From the NCBI GenBank assembly GCA_963798845.1, contig CAWCUS010000001.1, forward strand, positions 1 to 64,000: 64,000 nucleotides of DNA, in the 5' to 3' direction. Shown one piece after another: positions 37,485 through 46,126 of this stretch (position 1 is the stretch's first letter; each line of letters starts with the position of its first letter). The position numbers were made by a program, and so were the translations under genes. The DNA comes from an uncultured Gemmatimonadales bacterium (lineage in GTDB: Bacteria; Gemmatimonadota; Gemmatimonadetes; Longimicrobiales; RSA9). Below the pieces are notes generated by a model. The model searched no databases. It saw nothing but the letters and a program-made list of their open reading frames with translations, and had not been told where the DNA came from.

Positions 37485-39200
37485 ATGGCCACCGACGACG
37501 CGCGCGCCGACGGCCTCGCCGCGGAGGTCGTGGACGCGTTCCGCCGCTACAGCCGCCGATTCGCCGAGATCACCCGGCGCTCGCCCGCCCGCTTCGCCGC
37601 CCGTGAATGGGTGGAGGCGCAGGAGGACGCCCGCGAGCGGATCCTGCTTTACGACGTCGTCGTCCACGACACGCTCCGCTCCCTCCGGCGCGCGCTGCCG
37701 GCCAGCCCCGACCCCGCGTTCGGCGCAACCGTGAAGCGGGCGTTCCGCGCCTGGGCGGTCGAGCGGCCGGACGCCGAGGTGGCGGAGACGTTCTTCAACT
37801 CGGTGATCCGGCGCCTCTACGGGACCATCGGCGTGGACCCCGCCGTCGAGTTCGTGGGCGACGCCGTGGACGAGCCGGGGAGCAATGGCGTGGCGCCGTG
37901 GACCGCCTGGTCGCTCGAGGGCGGATTCGAGCACGCGCTGGAGCGAGTCCTCGCGTCGCTCCCGCTGGCGCTCCCCTGGCACGAGCGCGAGGACCGCGTC
38001 CGCGCGGCCGCCGACCTCCTCTGCCGCGAGCTCGGTGGCGAGGAGGAGTGGCGGAATGGCGAGATCCAGGTGCTGCGCCCGCTCTTCTACCGGAACAAGG
38101 CCGCCTACGTCGTGACCCGTCTGGTCCGCGGCGATGAGATCGTCCCGGTGATCCTGGCGCTCCTCCACCCGGCGGAGGGGGTGGCGCTCGACGCGGTGCT
38201 CCCGACGTCCAATGAAGCCAGCGTCGTGTTCGGATTCACGCGATCCTACCTGCACGCCGACATCGACTCGCCGCGCCCGGTGATCGAGTTCCTCAAGTCG
38301 ATCCTCCCGATCAAGCGCGAGGACGAGCTCTACACGGGGATCGGCTTCCACCGCCACGGCAAGACCGTGTTCTACCGCACGCTCCTGGAGCACCTGCGGG
38401 ACCCGGACGCCCGCTTCGTCACCACCCCGGGCAAGCCGGGGCTGGTCATGAGCGTGTTCACGCTCCCGGAGCTGAACGTCGTATTCAAGGTGATTCGCGA
38501 CCGGTTCGGCCACCCCAAGCGCACTTCACCGGACCGCGTGCGCCGGAACTACGACCTGATCTTCGTCCGCGACCGGGTGGGCCGGCTCGCCGACGCCCAG
38601 GAGTACCGCCGCCTCGAGCTCCCCCGGGCTCGCTTCAGCGACGAGGTCCTCGAGGAGCTTCTCGCCACCGCCGCCCGCACCGTCTCCGTCGCGGGCGACA
38701 CCGTGATCATCGAGCACCTGTACGCCGAGCGCCGCGTTCGCCCGCTCGACGTCTTCCTGGAACAGGCATCGCCCGCCGAGGGGCGCCGCGCCACTCTCGA
38801 CTTCGGCCGCGCCATCAAGGACCTGGCCGCGGCCAACATCTTCCCCGGCGACATGCTGGTGAAGAACTTCGGCGTGACCCGACACGGGCGCGTGATCTTC
38901 TACGACTACGACGAGGTGGCGCTCCTCACCGACTGCAACTTCCGGGAGGAGCCGCAGCCGGCGTACCCGGAAGCGGAGCTGGCCGAGACGCCCCACTACT
39001 ACGTGGGCCCCGATGACGTCTTCCCGGCCGAGTGGCGCGCGTTCCTCGGTCCGCCCGGGCCGCTGCGCCGCGAGCTGCACAGCGCTCACGGCGAGCTCTT
39101 CGACGCGGACTGGTGGCGGGACATGCAGGCGCGTCAGCGCGCGGGGGAGGTGGTGGACTTCTTCCCGTACCGGGAGGAGCGGCGGCTGCTGCGGGGCTAG
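37485..39200 (+). CDS. aceK: Isocitrate dehydrogenase kinase/phosphatase
   Basis: AETFFNS, FYRNKAAY, HGKTVFYR, PGKPGLVM.VFTLP..VFKVIRDRF, DRVGRLAD and NIFPGDMLVKNFGVTRHGRVIFYDYDE. Confidence 0.93.
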   Translation: MATDDARADGLAAEVVDAFRRYSRRFAEITRRSPARFAAREWVEAQEDARERILLYDVVVHDTLRSLRRALPASPDPAFGATVKRAFRAWAVERPDAEVAETFFNSVIRRLYGTIGVDPAVEFVGDAVDEPGSNGVAPWTAWSLEGGFEHALERVLASLPLALPWHEREDRVRAAADLLCRELGGEEEWRNGEIQVLRPLFYRNKAAYVVTRLVRGDEIVPVILALLHPAEGVALDAVLPTSNEASVVFGFTRSYLHADIDSPRPVIEFLKSILPIKREDELYTGIGFHRHGKTVFYRTLLEHLRDPDARFVTTPGKPGLVMSVFTLPELNVVFKVIRDRFGHPKRTSPDRVRRNYDLIFVRDRVGRLADAQEYRRLELPRARFSDEVLEELLATAARTVSVAGDTVIIEHLYAERRVRPLDVFLEQASPAEGRRATLDFGRAIKDLAAANIFPGDMLVKNFGVTRHGRVIFYDYDEVALLTDCNFREEPQPAYPEAELAETPHYYVGPDDVFPAEWRAFLGPPGPLRRELHSAHGELFDADWWRDMQARQRAGEVVDFFPYREERRLLRG

Positions 39201-39442
39201 TCGCCTTCCCCGCCCTCACCCTCCTCCGCTTCCTCCGTCGCCGGGCGACGGGCGTGCTTCGCCCGCGGCTCGCCCGGCTGAAGCGCCGCTTCCCGCCTCG
39301 CCTCCGCACCCTCAGGCGTGGCCTCATCCGGGTCCCGCTCCCGGTATCCGGCGTACTCCTCCCGGGCGTCGGACGCGTCCGCGGCCTCCGGGCCCGCCGC
39401 CCGCTCCGGGCGGTCCAGGTCGAGCTTCTCGTCGTCGCTCAT
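39197..39442 (-). CDS. Hypothetical acidic protein, 81 aa
   Basis: The ATG overlaps the stop of the upstream Spy-like gene (ATGA). Low complexity; no family recognised. Confidence 0.5.
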   Translation of the reverse strand: MSDDEKLDLDRPERAAGPEAADASDAREEYAGYRERDPDEATPEGAEARREAALQPGEPRAKHARRPATEEAEEGEGGEGD

Positions 39443-40078
39443 CGCCCGCCCCCGTGCGGCGACGGCCGCCCCGGCATCCCGTTCTGTTCCGGCCTCATGC
39501 CGGGGTGCTGCCCCTGGCCCATGCCCGGCCGCATCCCGGCGCCTTCGTGCATCTCCTCCATCGCCTCCATGATCGTGTCCAGCGTCTTCTTCTGGTCGGC
39601 GTTCAGCACCTGCCTGGCCTGCACCTGCACTTTCGCCATCGCCTGCATGGCGTCCACCATCCGGGACGCGGCCTGCCGCAGCGCCTGTTCGTGAGCGTCC
39701 AGGTCGGGCGTATCGCCGTGCATTGCATCCAGCGCCTTCTGGTGGGCTTCCCTCGCCTGCTGCATCGCGGTGCGCATGCTCTCCTGCGTACCCTTCTCCA
39801 GCGTCTGCAGCTTCTCGACCTGGTCTTCACTCAGGTTCAGCGACTCGCGCAGCCGCAGCAGCATCCCGGGCCCGGCCTGATCCATCCCCATGGCGCCACC
39901 CCATCATCCCCATCATCCCCATCATCCCCTGCCCCTGCATCATGCCCTGGCCGGGATGCATCATCCCCGGATGGTGCGGCGGCTCCTGCTGCGGCTGATC
40001 CTGCGGCTGCTGCGCCATGGCCGTCAGCGGCAGCACGAGCGCGACGACCGCCGCCGTCACGATTCCCAGCTTCCTCAT
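39439..40078 (-). pseudogene. Spy/CpxP-family periplasmic Met-rich protein, split by a 1-nt frameshift near 39899-39902
   Basis: The signal peptide and Met/His-rich N-terminus (start 40078) are in one frame. The LxLSEDQ...VLNADQKK helical domain (39439-39891) is in another. Removing one G from ATGGGGTGGC joins them. This may be a sequencing error. Confidence 0.7.
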
Positions 40079-40137
40079 GGTCTTTCCTCCCGTCTGGCGT
40101 TGCCGATTGCGTCCCCGCGCCCACGCGGGCCGCGAGG

Positions 40138-40659
40138 TCAAACCACTCGGTGATAGGCACGCCGGAAGTATACCAGCGCGGAGGATTCGCCCCCGGCGGT
40201 CGCCTCCGCGACGCGCCCCACCACGAGGTCGTGGTCCCCACGTCGGAGGACCTCCTCCACCGTACACGAAAACGTCGCGAGGGCTCCCGGGACCAGCGGA
40301 ACCCCGTCCTGCGTGAACGGCAGCGGCCCCACCGGGAACGTGTCGGCGTACCGGCTGGCGAGCCCCCGCTGCTCGTGCGTGAGGATGCTCACGCCGAAGG
40401 CGGCCCCCGGGTCCAGGAACGGCGCAGCCGAGGCGTTCGGGCCGAGGCTGGCGAGGACGAGCGGAGGCTCGAAGGAGAGAGGGATGAAGGCGGACACCGT
40501 GAGAGCGTGGACGCGCCCGCCGTCGCGGACGGCCAGGAGCGTCACGCCGCTGGCCCACCGGGCGAAGGCCTCGCGCACCGATTCCGCCGCCCGGCGGCGC
40601 CCCTCGTCCTCGGGCTCCGGACCGCCACTCAGGTGCCTGCCAATGCGTGTGGGGGACAT
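40138..40659 (-). CDS. Flavin reductase-like FMN-binding protein
   Basis: REAFARWASGVT, SFEPPLVL, GDHDLVVGRV and LVYFRRAY. Confidence 0.88.
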   Translation of the reverse strand: MSPTRIGRHLSGGPEPEDEGRRRAAESVREAFARWASGVTLLAVRDGGRVHALTVSAFIPLSFEPPLVLASLGPNASAAPFLDPGAAFGVSILTHEQRGLASRYADTFPVGPLPFTQDGVPLVPGALATFSCTVEEVLRRGDHDLVVGRVAEATAGGESSALVYFRRAYHRVV

Positions 40660-40687
40660 GTCAGCCAATGTAGAGCGCCCGTCCGCG

Positions 40688-40703
40688 CGGCGCATTCCTT
40701 GCA
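40688..40703 (+). promoter_or_regulatory. Candidate sigma54 promoter of the SOD-like lipoprotein
   Basis: CGGCGCATTCCTTGCA is GG-N10-GC with a TTGCA -12 element, about 95 nt upstream of ATG 40799. Confidence 0.55.
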
Positions 40704-40798
40704 CCCCATCCCTATCGTGCCGCCCGCTCTGGCGGGCATCCGTGTACTCGCGGGCGCCGGAAGCATCCGTCGCCCACACCCTCTCAGGGAGAATCGTC

Positions 40799-41488
40799 AT
40801 GCGACAGCTCTCCGTTCCCGCCCTCGCCGCCGTATTCCTGCTGGCCGCGTGCGGTGGCAACGACCAGTCCGGCGACGCCATGGCCCAGGACACCATGGAT
40901 ACGGGCATGCAGTCCGCCACGGCCGCGCCGGATACCGCGCCGGTGCTCGTAGCCATGATCCAGAGCGCGACCGACACCGGCAGCGTTGGGGGGACCGTGC
41001 GTGTGTATGCCGAGACCGGGACCGGCTACGCCACCGGAGAGGGCATGGGTGAGGACATGGGTGAGGACACCATGGGCGGGTCGGGGATGGCGCCCGAGAC
41101 CACGTCTGCCCGCGCCAACGCGGCCATGACCCCGGATTCCGGCGGGATGGGCGGGGGAATGGCTGGCGGCCCCGGGTTCCGTCTGGCCGTGGACGTGAAC
41201 GGGCTTTCGCAGGGCCAGCACGCGTGGCACATCCACGGCGGGCCCTGCGGCCAGGAGGCCCCGGTCGTGGTACCCTTCAGCAGCACGGCGGACCAGTCGG
41301 GGATCGCCCAGGCGCTGAGCGCGGACCAGAGCGGGAACGCGACGGCCACCGTGACCGTCCCGGCCGCCGAGCTCTCCCTGGACCAGCTCGAGAACGGGCA
41401 GTTCAGCCTGCACATCCACCAGCGGGGCGGCGTCGACCACGGCCCGACGGTGGCGTGCGCGGACCTGACCCGCAGCGGCGGGATGTAA
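40799..41488 (+). CDS. Lipoprotein with a Cu/Zn-superoxide-dismutase-like (or CHRD-like) domain and Met-rich segments
   Basis: Lipobox LAAC, GL..GQHAWHIHGGPCG, SLHIH and VACADL. No recognisable Zn loop. Confidence 0.7.
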   Translation: MRQLSVPALAAVFLLAACGGNDQSGDAMAQDTMDTGMQSATAAPDTAPVLVAMIQSATDTGSVGGTVRVYAETGTGYATGEGMGEDMGEDTMGGSGMAPETTSARANAAMTPDSGGMGGGMAGGPGFRLAVDVNGLSQGQHAWHIHGGPCGQEAPVVVPFSSTADQSGIAQALSADQSGNATATVTVPAAELSLDQLENGQFSLHIHQRGGVDHGPTVACADLTRSGGM

Positions 41489-41644
41489 GAGCCCGCATCT
41501 ACAGCGCCGTCCCGCACCCGCTCGCCCGGGGAGTCCGACGCCCCGGGCGAAGCTGTGTTCACCGCCCCCGGCGTTTCCGCCGCCGCGCGGCCGCTCTCCG
41601 GTGGCGGGCCGCGTCACCGGCCGGTTCCCGCTTCCGGACCTTGC

Positions 41645-41672
41645 CGTGTTCGATATAATGGGATCGAACACG
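41645..41672. promoter_or_regulatory. Perfect 10-bp inverted repeat straddling a TATAAT box upstream of trxC (candidate operator)
   Basis: CGTGTTCGAT-ATAATGGG-ATCGAACACG, with TATAAT at 41654-41659. Confidence 0.6.
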
Positions 41673-41693
41673 AGCTCTTTCCGGAGACCCGAG

Positions 41694-42140
41694 ATGCCAG
41701 AGAACGCGACCCGCCGCGCCACGGTCATGTGCCCGTTCTGCCTGACCATGAACCGCGTGGACCTGGGCCGGGCAGCGGACCGGCCGAAGTGCGGCCACTG
41801 CGGCAAGCCGATCCTCCTGGACCGACCCGTACGCGTCACGGACCGGTCCATGGAGAAGACCATCAAGGGCACCGACATCCCCGTGGTGGTCGACTTCTAC
41901 GCCGACTGGTGCCAGCCGTGCAAGGTGATGGCGCCGATCCTGGACGAGCTGGCGAGATCGCGCCAGGGGCAGGTGCTCGTGGCGAAGCTGGACACGGACT
42001 CCAACCCGACCATGGCCGTCCACTACGGGATCCGCGGGATCCCCACGCTCATCGTGTTCCGCGAAGGCCGAGAGTGGAAGCGCCAGACGGGTGCCGTGCC
42101 CGCGGACCGGCTGCTCGCACTGCTGGACGCGGAGCCGTAG
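41694..42140 (+). CDS. trxC: Thioredoxin 2 (zinc-finger thioredoxin)
   Basis: CPFC...NRV...PKCGHC zinc finger, DFYADWCQPC and IRGIPTL. Confidence 0.88.
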   Translation: MPENATRRATVMCPFCLTMNRVDLGRAADRPKCGHCGKPILLDRPVRVTDRSMEKTIKGTDIPVVVDFYADWCQPCKVMAPILDELARSRQGQVLVAKLDTDSNPTMAVHYGIRGIPTLIVFREGREWKRQTGAVPADRLLALLDAEP

Positions 42141-42200
42141 AGGGGACACGGCGAGCGGCGGACGGGGCCGCGGGTCGCGGGCCGACCCCGGATGGCAGGA

Positions 42201-42233
42201 CGCTGCCGATCCCCGGGCGGGGGACCGGCAGCG
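42201..42233. terminator. GC-rich hairpin between convergent trxC and ligD
   Basis: CGCTGCCG-A-TCCCC...GGGGA-C-CGGCAGCG, with no U-tract. Confidence 0.35.
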
Positions 42234-42278
42234 CGTGTTCGGTAGGATTGCCCGATCACAGCGCAACAAACGGGCCGT

Positions 42279-44843
42279 TCAGCGCAAACCCACCGATTGC
42301 AGCATGGCGACGGTGATCGACTGGCGCACGTCGCCGAAGCCGGTCCACGGGTCGCTGCCACCCGCAATCCGATCCGGGACATCGCGGATGGTGTGGAAAG
42401 GCGGCTTCCTCGCGTTCGGGTTCACCTCGTCCCAGGACAGCGGCACGGCCACCGGCGCGCCGGGGCGCGCCCGCGTCGAGAGCTCGCCGATGGCCGTGGC
42501 GTTCCACGCGTTCCGCAGGTAGTCGATGAAGATGCGTCCCTTCCGGCGCGCCTTCGTCATCCTGGACGTGAACCCCTCCGGATCTTCCGCCACCATCCGC
42601 TGCGCCACGGCCTGCGTGAACGTCCTCGCCTGCTCCCAGTCGGAGCGTCGCGTCACCGGCACCACCACATGCAGCCCCTTCCCTCCCGTGCTCTTGGGGA
42701 AGCTCTCCAGCCCGAGCTCGCCCAGGATTCCGCGCAGCCGGAGCGCTGCGCTCGCCACGCGGCCGAACGGGAGCCCCTCGTCGGGGTCGAGGTCGAACAC
42801 CAGCCGGTCGGGGCGATCGAGCCGGTCGCGACGCGAGCCCCAGACGTGGAACTCCAGCACCCCCAGCTGCACCAGCGCGACCAGGGACGGCAGGCCGTCA
42901 ATGTACATGTAGAGCCCGGTCCCGTCCTTTTCCTTCACACGGACCCGCGGCACCACGTCCGGAACCCCGTCCTTCGCGTGCTTCTGGAAGAAGCACTTCC
43001 CCTCCGCGCCGGACGGGCAGCGAACGAGCGTCAACGGCCGGTCTGCCAGCGCGGGCACAATGTGGTCGGCCACCGCCTCGTAATAGGCGACGAGCTCACC
43101 TTTCGTCACGCCCTGCTCCGGCCAGAGCACCTTGTCCGGGTGCGTGATCTTCACGCCGGCGACCGTCCCCATCTCTCCCTCCGGGTACGAGTGCGACCCG
43201 GACTTCGAGGCGCGCTTCGAAGCGCGCTCCGATGCGGGCCTCGACGCCCGGCCGGGCCCCGGACCGCTCTCCCGCACCACCTGCCGGGCGCTCCTGTCCT
43301 CGCGCAGCCCCTGGAAGGAAGGGTGGCGCACCCGGCCGTCATCCGTCCACTCCGTGAACTCGACCTCCGCCACCAGCTCCGGGCGGACCCAGTGCACCCC
43401 GCGGACCTCGGCGCCCCGCGGCGCTCCCTTCATCGGTGGGGTCTTGCGTTCCATGGTCGAGAGACGTTCGTGCAGCGCCCGCAGCGTGCGGTTGTCGAAG
43501 CCGGTGCCCACCTTCCCGGCGTACACCAGGTCGCCGGCGTCGTCGTGAACGCCGAGGAGGAGGGCGCCCAGCCCGACGCGGGACCCCGACGGCTCCGAAT
43601 AGCCCACCACGACGAGCTCCTGGCGGGCGGTGCACTTGGCCTTCAGCCACGTCCTGCCCCGGCCGGGGCGGTAGGCGGACCCAGCGCGCTTGGACACGAT
43701 CCCCTCGAGCCCCATGTCGCACGCCCTCGCCAGGAACGCGGGGCCGCGGCCCCGGACGTGGTCGCTGAAACGGACCTGCCGGTCGTCCAGCCCGGACACC
43801 AGCCCCTGGAGCAGCGCCTTTCGCTCCTCGATCGGCTCACCGGTGAGATCCCGGCCGTCCAGGTGCAGGAGGTCGAATGCGAAAAGCAGCGGCTCGCCGC
43901 CGCGCTCGCCGGACAGCGAATTCTGGAGCCGCTGGAAGCTGGACACCCCGTTCCGGTCCAGCACGACCACCTCACCGTCCACCATCGCCTCGTCGGCAGC
44001 GAGCCGGGACACCATCTCCGCCAGCGCAGCGAAGCGGTCCGTCCAGTCCTTCCCGTTCCGGGTGATGATCCGGGTCGCCCCACCCTCGAGCCGGCAGAGC
44101 ACCCGGTAGCCGTCGAACTTGATCTCGTGGAGCCAGTCCCCGCCGTCCGGCGGCTTCCCCACGAGGGTAGCCAGCTGCGGCTTCACCCGGGCGGGCAGCT
44201 TCGAGGGCTTCCCGGGCTCGCTCGTCGGCGGCCGAAGCTCCCCCTCGTGGCTGTCCCACACCCGGTCCTGCTCCGCCGCGATCGCTTCGAGGTCGCGCCC
44301 CGTCTCCACGCTCAGCGGGGCGTCGTCAGTGATGTCGTCGTCGTCCTGGTCGCGGGCGGCGTCGTCGCCCGACTTGATGAGCAGCCAGCTCTCCTTTTTC
44401 TCGCCGGCGCGCCGCTTCATGCGCGTCAGGATCCACTCGCCCGAGAGCTTCTCGCCATCGAGGCGGAAGCGCAGCCGCCCCTTGCGGTAGTCCCTTTCCG
44501 CATCGCCGAGGGGCGTCCAGGTCCCGCGGTCCCACAGCATCACCGTGCCCCCGCCGTACTGGCCCGCCGGGATCACCCCCTCGAAGCCGCCGTAGTCCAT
44601 GGGGTGGTCTTCGGTCTCCATCGCCAGCCTGCGCACACCGGGCTTCAGGCTCGGCCCCTTCGGGACCGCCCAGCTCTTCAGCACCCCGTCCATCTCCAGC
44701 CGGAAGTCGTAGTGCAGGTGCGACGCGTCGTGCTTCTGGATCACGAACTCCAGCGCGCGCTCCGCCTTCCGGTACCGCACCTTTCCCGACGGCTCGGGCG
44801 TGCGCTTGAAGTTCCGCTTCTTCCGGTATTCCTCGAGTGCCAT
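42279..44843 (-). CDS. ligD: NHEJ DNA ligase D (phosphoesterase-ligase-polymerase)
   Basis: PE domain (YRKKRNF..TPEP, FVIQKHDASHLHYDFRLE), ligase domain (EIKFDGYR, LEGIVSK) and POL domain (FFQKH, FDLDP, KSTGGKGLH, IDYLRN). Confidence 0.95.
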   Translation of the reverse strand: MALEEYRKKRNFKRTPEPSGKVRYRKAERALEFVIQKHDASHLHYDFRLEMDGVLKSWAVPKGPSLKPGVRRLAMETEDHPMDYGGFEGVIPAGQYGGGTVMLWDRGTWTPLGDAERDYRKGRLRFRLDGEKLSGEWILTRMKRRAGEKKESWLLIKSGDDAARDQDDDDITDDAPLSVETGRDLEAIAAEQDRVWDSHEGELRPPTSEPGKPSKLPARVKPQLATLVGKPPDGGDWLHEIKFDGYRVLCRLEGGATRIITRNGKDWTDRFAALAEMVSRLAADEAMVDGEVVVLDRNGVSSFQRLQNSLSGERGGEPLLFAFDLLHLDGRDLTGEPIEERKALLQGLVSGLDDRQVRFSDHVRGRGPAFLARACDMGLEGIVSKRAGSAYRPGRGRTWLKAKCTARQELVVVGYSEPSGSRVGLGALLLGVHDDAGDLVYAGKVGTGFDNRTLRALHERLSTMERKTPPMKGAPRGAEVRGVHWVRPELVAEVEFTEWTDDGRVRHPSFQGLREDRSARQVVRESGPGPGRASRPASERASKRASKSGSHSYPEGEMGTVAGVKITHPDKVLWPEQGVTKGELVAYYEAVADHIVPALADRPLTLVRCPSGAEGKCFFQKHAKDGVPDVVPRVRVKEKDGTGLYMYIDGLPSLVALVQLGVLEFHVWGSRRDRLDRPDRLVFDLDPDEGLPFGRVASAALRLRGILGELGLESFPKSTGGKGLHVVVPVTRRSDWEQARTFTQAVAQRMVAEDPEGFTSRMTKARRKGRIFIDYLRNAWNATAIGELSTRARPGAPVAVPLSWDEVNPNARKPPFHTIRDVPDRIAGGSDPWTGFGDVRQSITVAMLQSVGLR

Positions 44844-44855
44844 GCCACTCCCTCT

Positions 44856-45815
44856 TCAGCTCTGCTTCGACGCGCCACGCAGGTAGGGCGACAGCTCCAC
44901 TCTCCCCTTCCTGGGCCACGAAAGCGGTCGCCACAGGTCGCCCATCCGCCTCACCCGCTCCGGGACGTTTTCCAGCGTGAAGTCACCGGTGTCCACCCCG
45001 GCCTCCACCTCCTCCCAGGTCATAGGGGTCGACACCGTCGCCTCCGGCTTCGGTCTGACCGAGTACACGCTCGCCAGCGTGCGCCCCCACGCGTTCTGGT
45101 TGTAGTCCACCAGCACCCGGCCGGGCGGCCGGTCCTTGATGCGGTACTCGGCCGTGACCAGGGCCGGGTCCCGCCGCTCCATGAGCTGGGCGAACGCCTT
45201 CGCGAAGCGCCACACCGCCTTCTGGACCGGGCCACGCACGATCGGGACGTAGACGTGGATGCCTTTCGACCCGCTCGTCTTGGCATAGCTCGGCATCTCC
45301 AGCTCGGCCAGCGAGTCGCGCACCATCAGCGCCGTCCGCCGCACCTCCTCGAAGCTCGCGGGCGGGACCGGGTCGAGGTCGAAGTGGAGGAAGTCCGGGC
45401 GGTCCACGTCGTCGCAGCGCGAGTACCACGGATTCAGGTCAATGCAGCCGAGGTTCACCAGCCACAGCAACCCGGACACGTGCCGCACCACGGGGAAGTC
45501 GATCACGCTCCCGGAGCCGTGCTCGATGCTGCACGTCTCCAGCCATTCGGGTGCGCCCGCGGGCGTCCGCTTCATGAAGAAGTGCTTCCCCTTCCACCCG
45601 TTCGGGTAGCGCTTCATCACCATCGCGCGCCCCTCGACGTGCGGCAGCAGCGCCTCGGCCACGTCCGCGTAGTACTGCAGCAGGTCGCGCTTCGTGATCC
45701 CGCGATCCGGCCAGAACGGCTTGCCCAGGTTGGTCAGCCGGAGCTCCTGGCCCGCGAAGCTCAGCGTCGCGCTCTCCCGGTCCCGGGGGATCTCTGGGTT
45801 CTTCGGGTCCGCCAT
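44856..45815 (-). CDS. Stand-alone LigD-type primase-polymerase domain protein
   Basis: LTNLGKPFWP..TKRDL..YY, RYPNG..FFMK, HFDLDP, KTSGSKGIH, VDYNQN..GRT and YSVRP. GGAGG RBS. Confidence 0.9.
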   Translation of the reverse strand: MADPKNPEIPRDRESATLSFAGQELRLTNLGKPFWPDRGITKRDLLQYYADVAEALLPHVEGRAMVMKRYPNGWKGKHFFMKRTPAGAPEWLETCSIEHGSGSVIDFPVVRHVSGLLWLVNLGCIDLNPWYSRCDDVDRPDFLHFDLDPVPPASFEEVRRTALMVRDSLAELEMPSYAKTSGSKGIHVYVPIVRGPVQKAVWRFAKAFAQLMERRDPALVTAEYRIKDRPPGRVLVDYNQNAWGRTLASVYSVRPKPEATVSTPMTWEEVEAGVDTGDFTLENVPERVRRMGDLWRPLSWPRKGRVELSPYLRGASKQS

Positions 45816-45890
45816 GGCGCCTCCATCGGTCGGTTCCCACCGGAACCCGAGCAAGGATCCGACCAGCGGCGGCCGGCCGTGTCTCCGGGC

Positions 45891-45907
45891 TGGCACCCGT
45901 TGTGCCT
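45891..45907. promoter_or_regulatory. Palindromic element that reads as a sigma54 -24/-12 promoter on both strands
   Basis: Plus strand TGGCACCCGTTGTGCC and minus strand AGGCACAACGGGTGCC are both GG-N10-GC. It lies between divergent genes. Confidence 0.55.
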
Positions 45908-45952
45908 CCTCCCCGGCCGGAGCAGCGACCGGGAACCCGCACACCGAACCCC

Positions 45953-46126
45953 ATGAAGCGCCTCTTCTGGCCCGTCCTCCTGGCCATCGTGATCCTCGCC
46001 GTCGGCGGGGTCCTCGGGATCGTGGGAGGCGCCATGTTCCTCCCGATCATCGGCTTCCTGGCCATGGTCGCCATCCTCATCTGGCTCTTTGTCCGCCGGG
46101 CCGAGCACAGGCCGCCCCTGGACTAG
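45953..46126 (+). CDS. Small two-TM membrane protein, 57 aa
   Basis: MKRLFWPVLLAIVILAVGGVLGIVGGAMFLPIIGFLAMVAILIWLFVRR..., with host-like codon usage. Confidence 0.7.
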   Translation: MKRLFWPVLLAIVILAVGGVLGIVGGAMFLPIIGFLAMVAILIWLFVRRAEHRPPLD

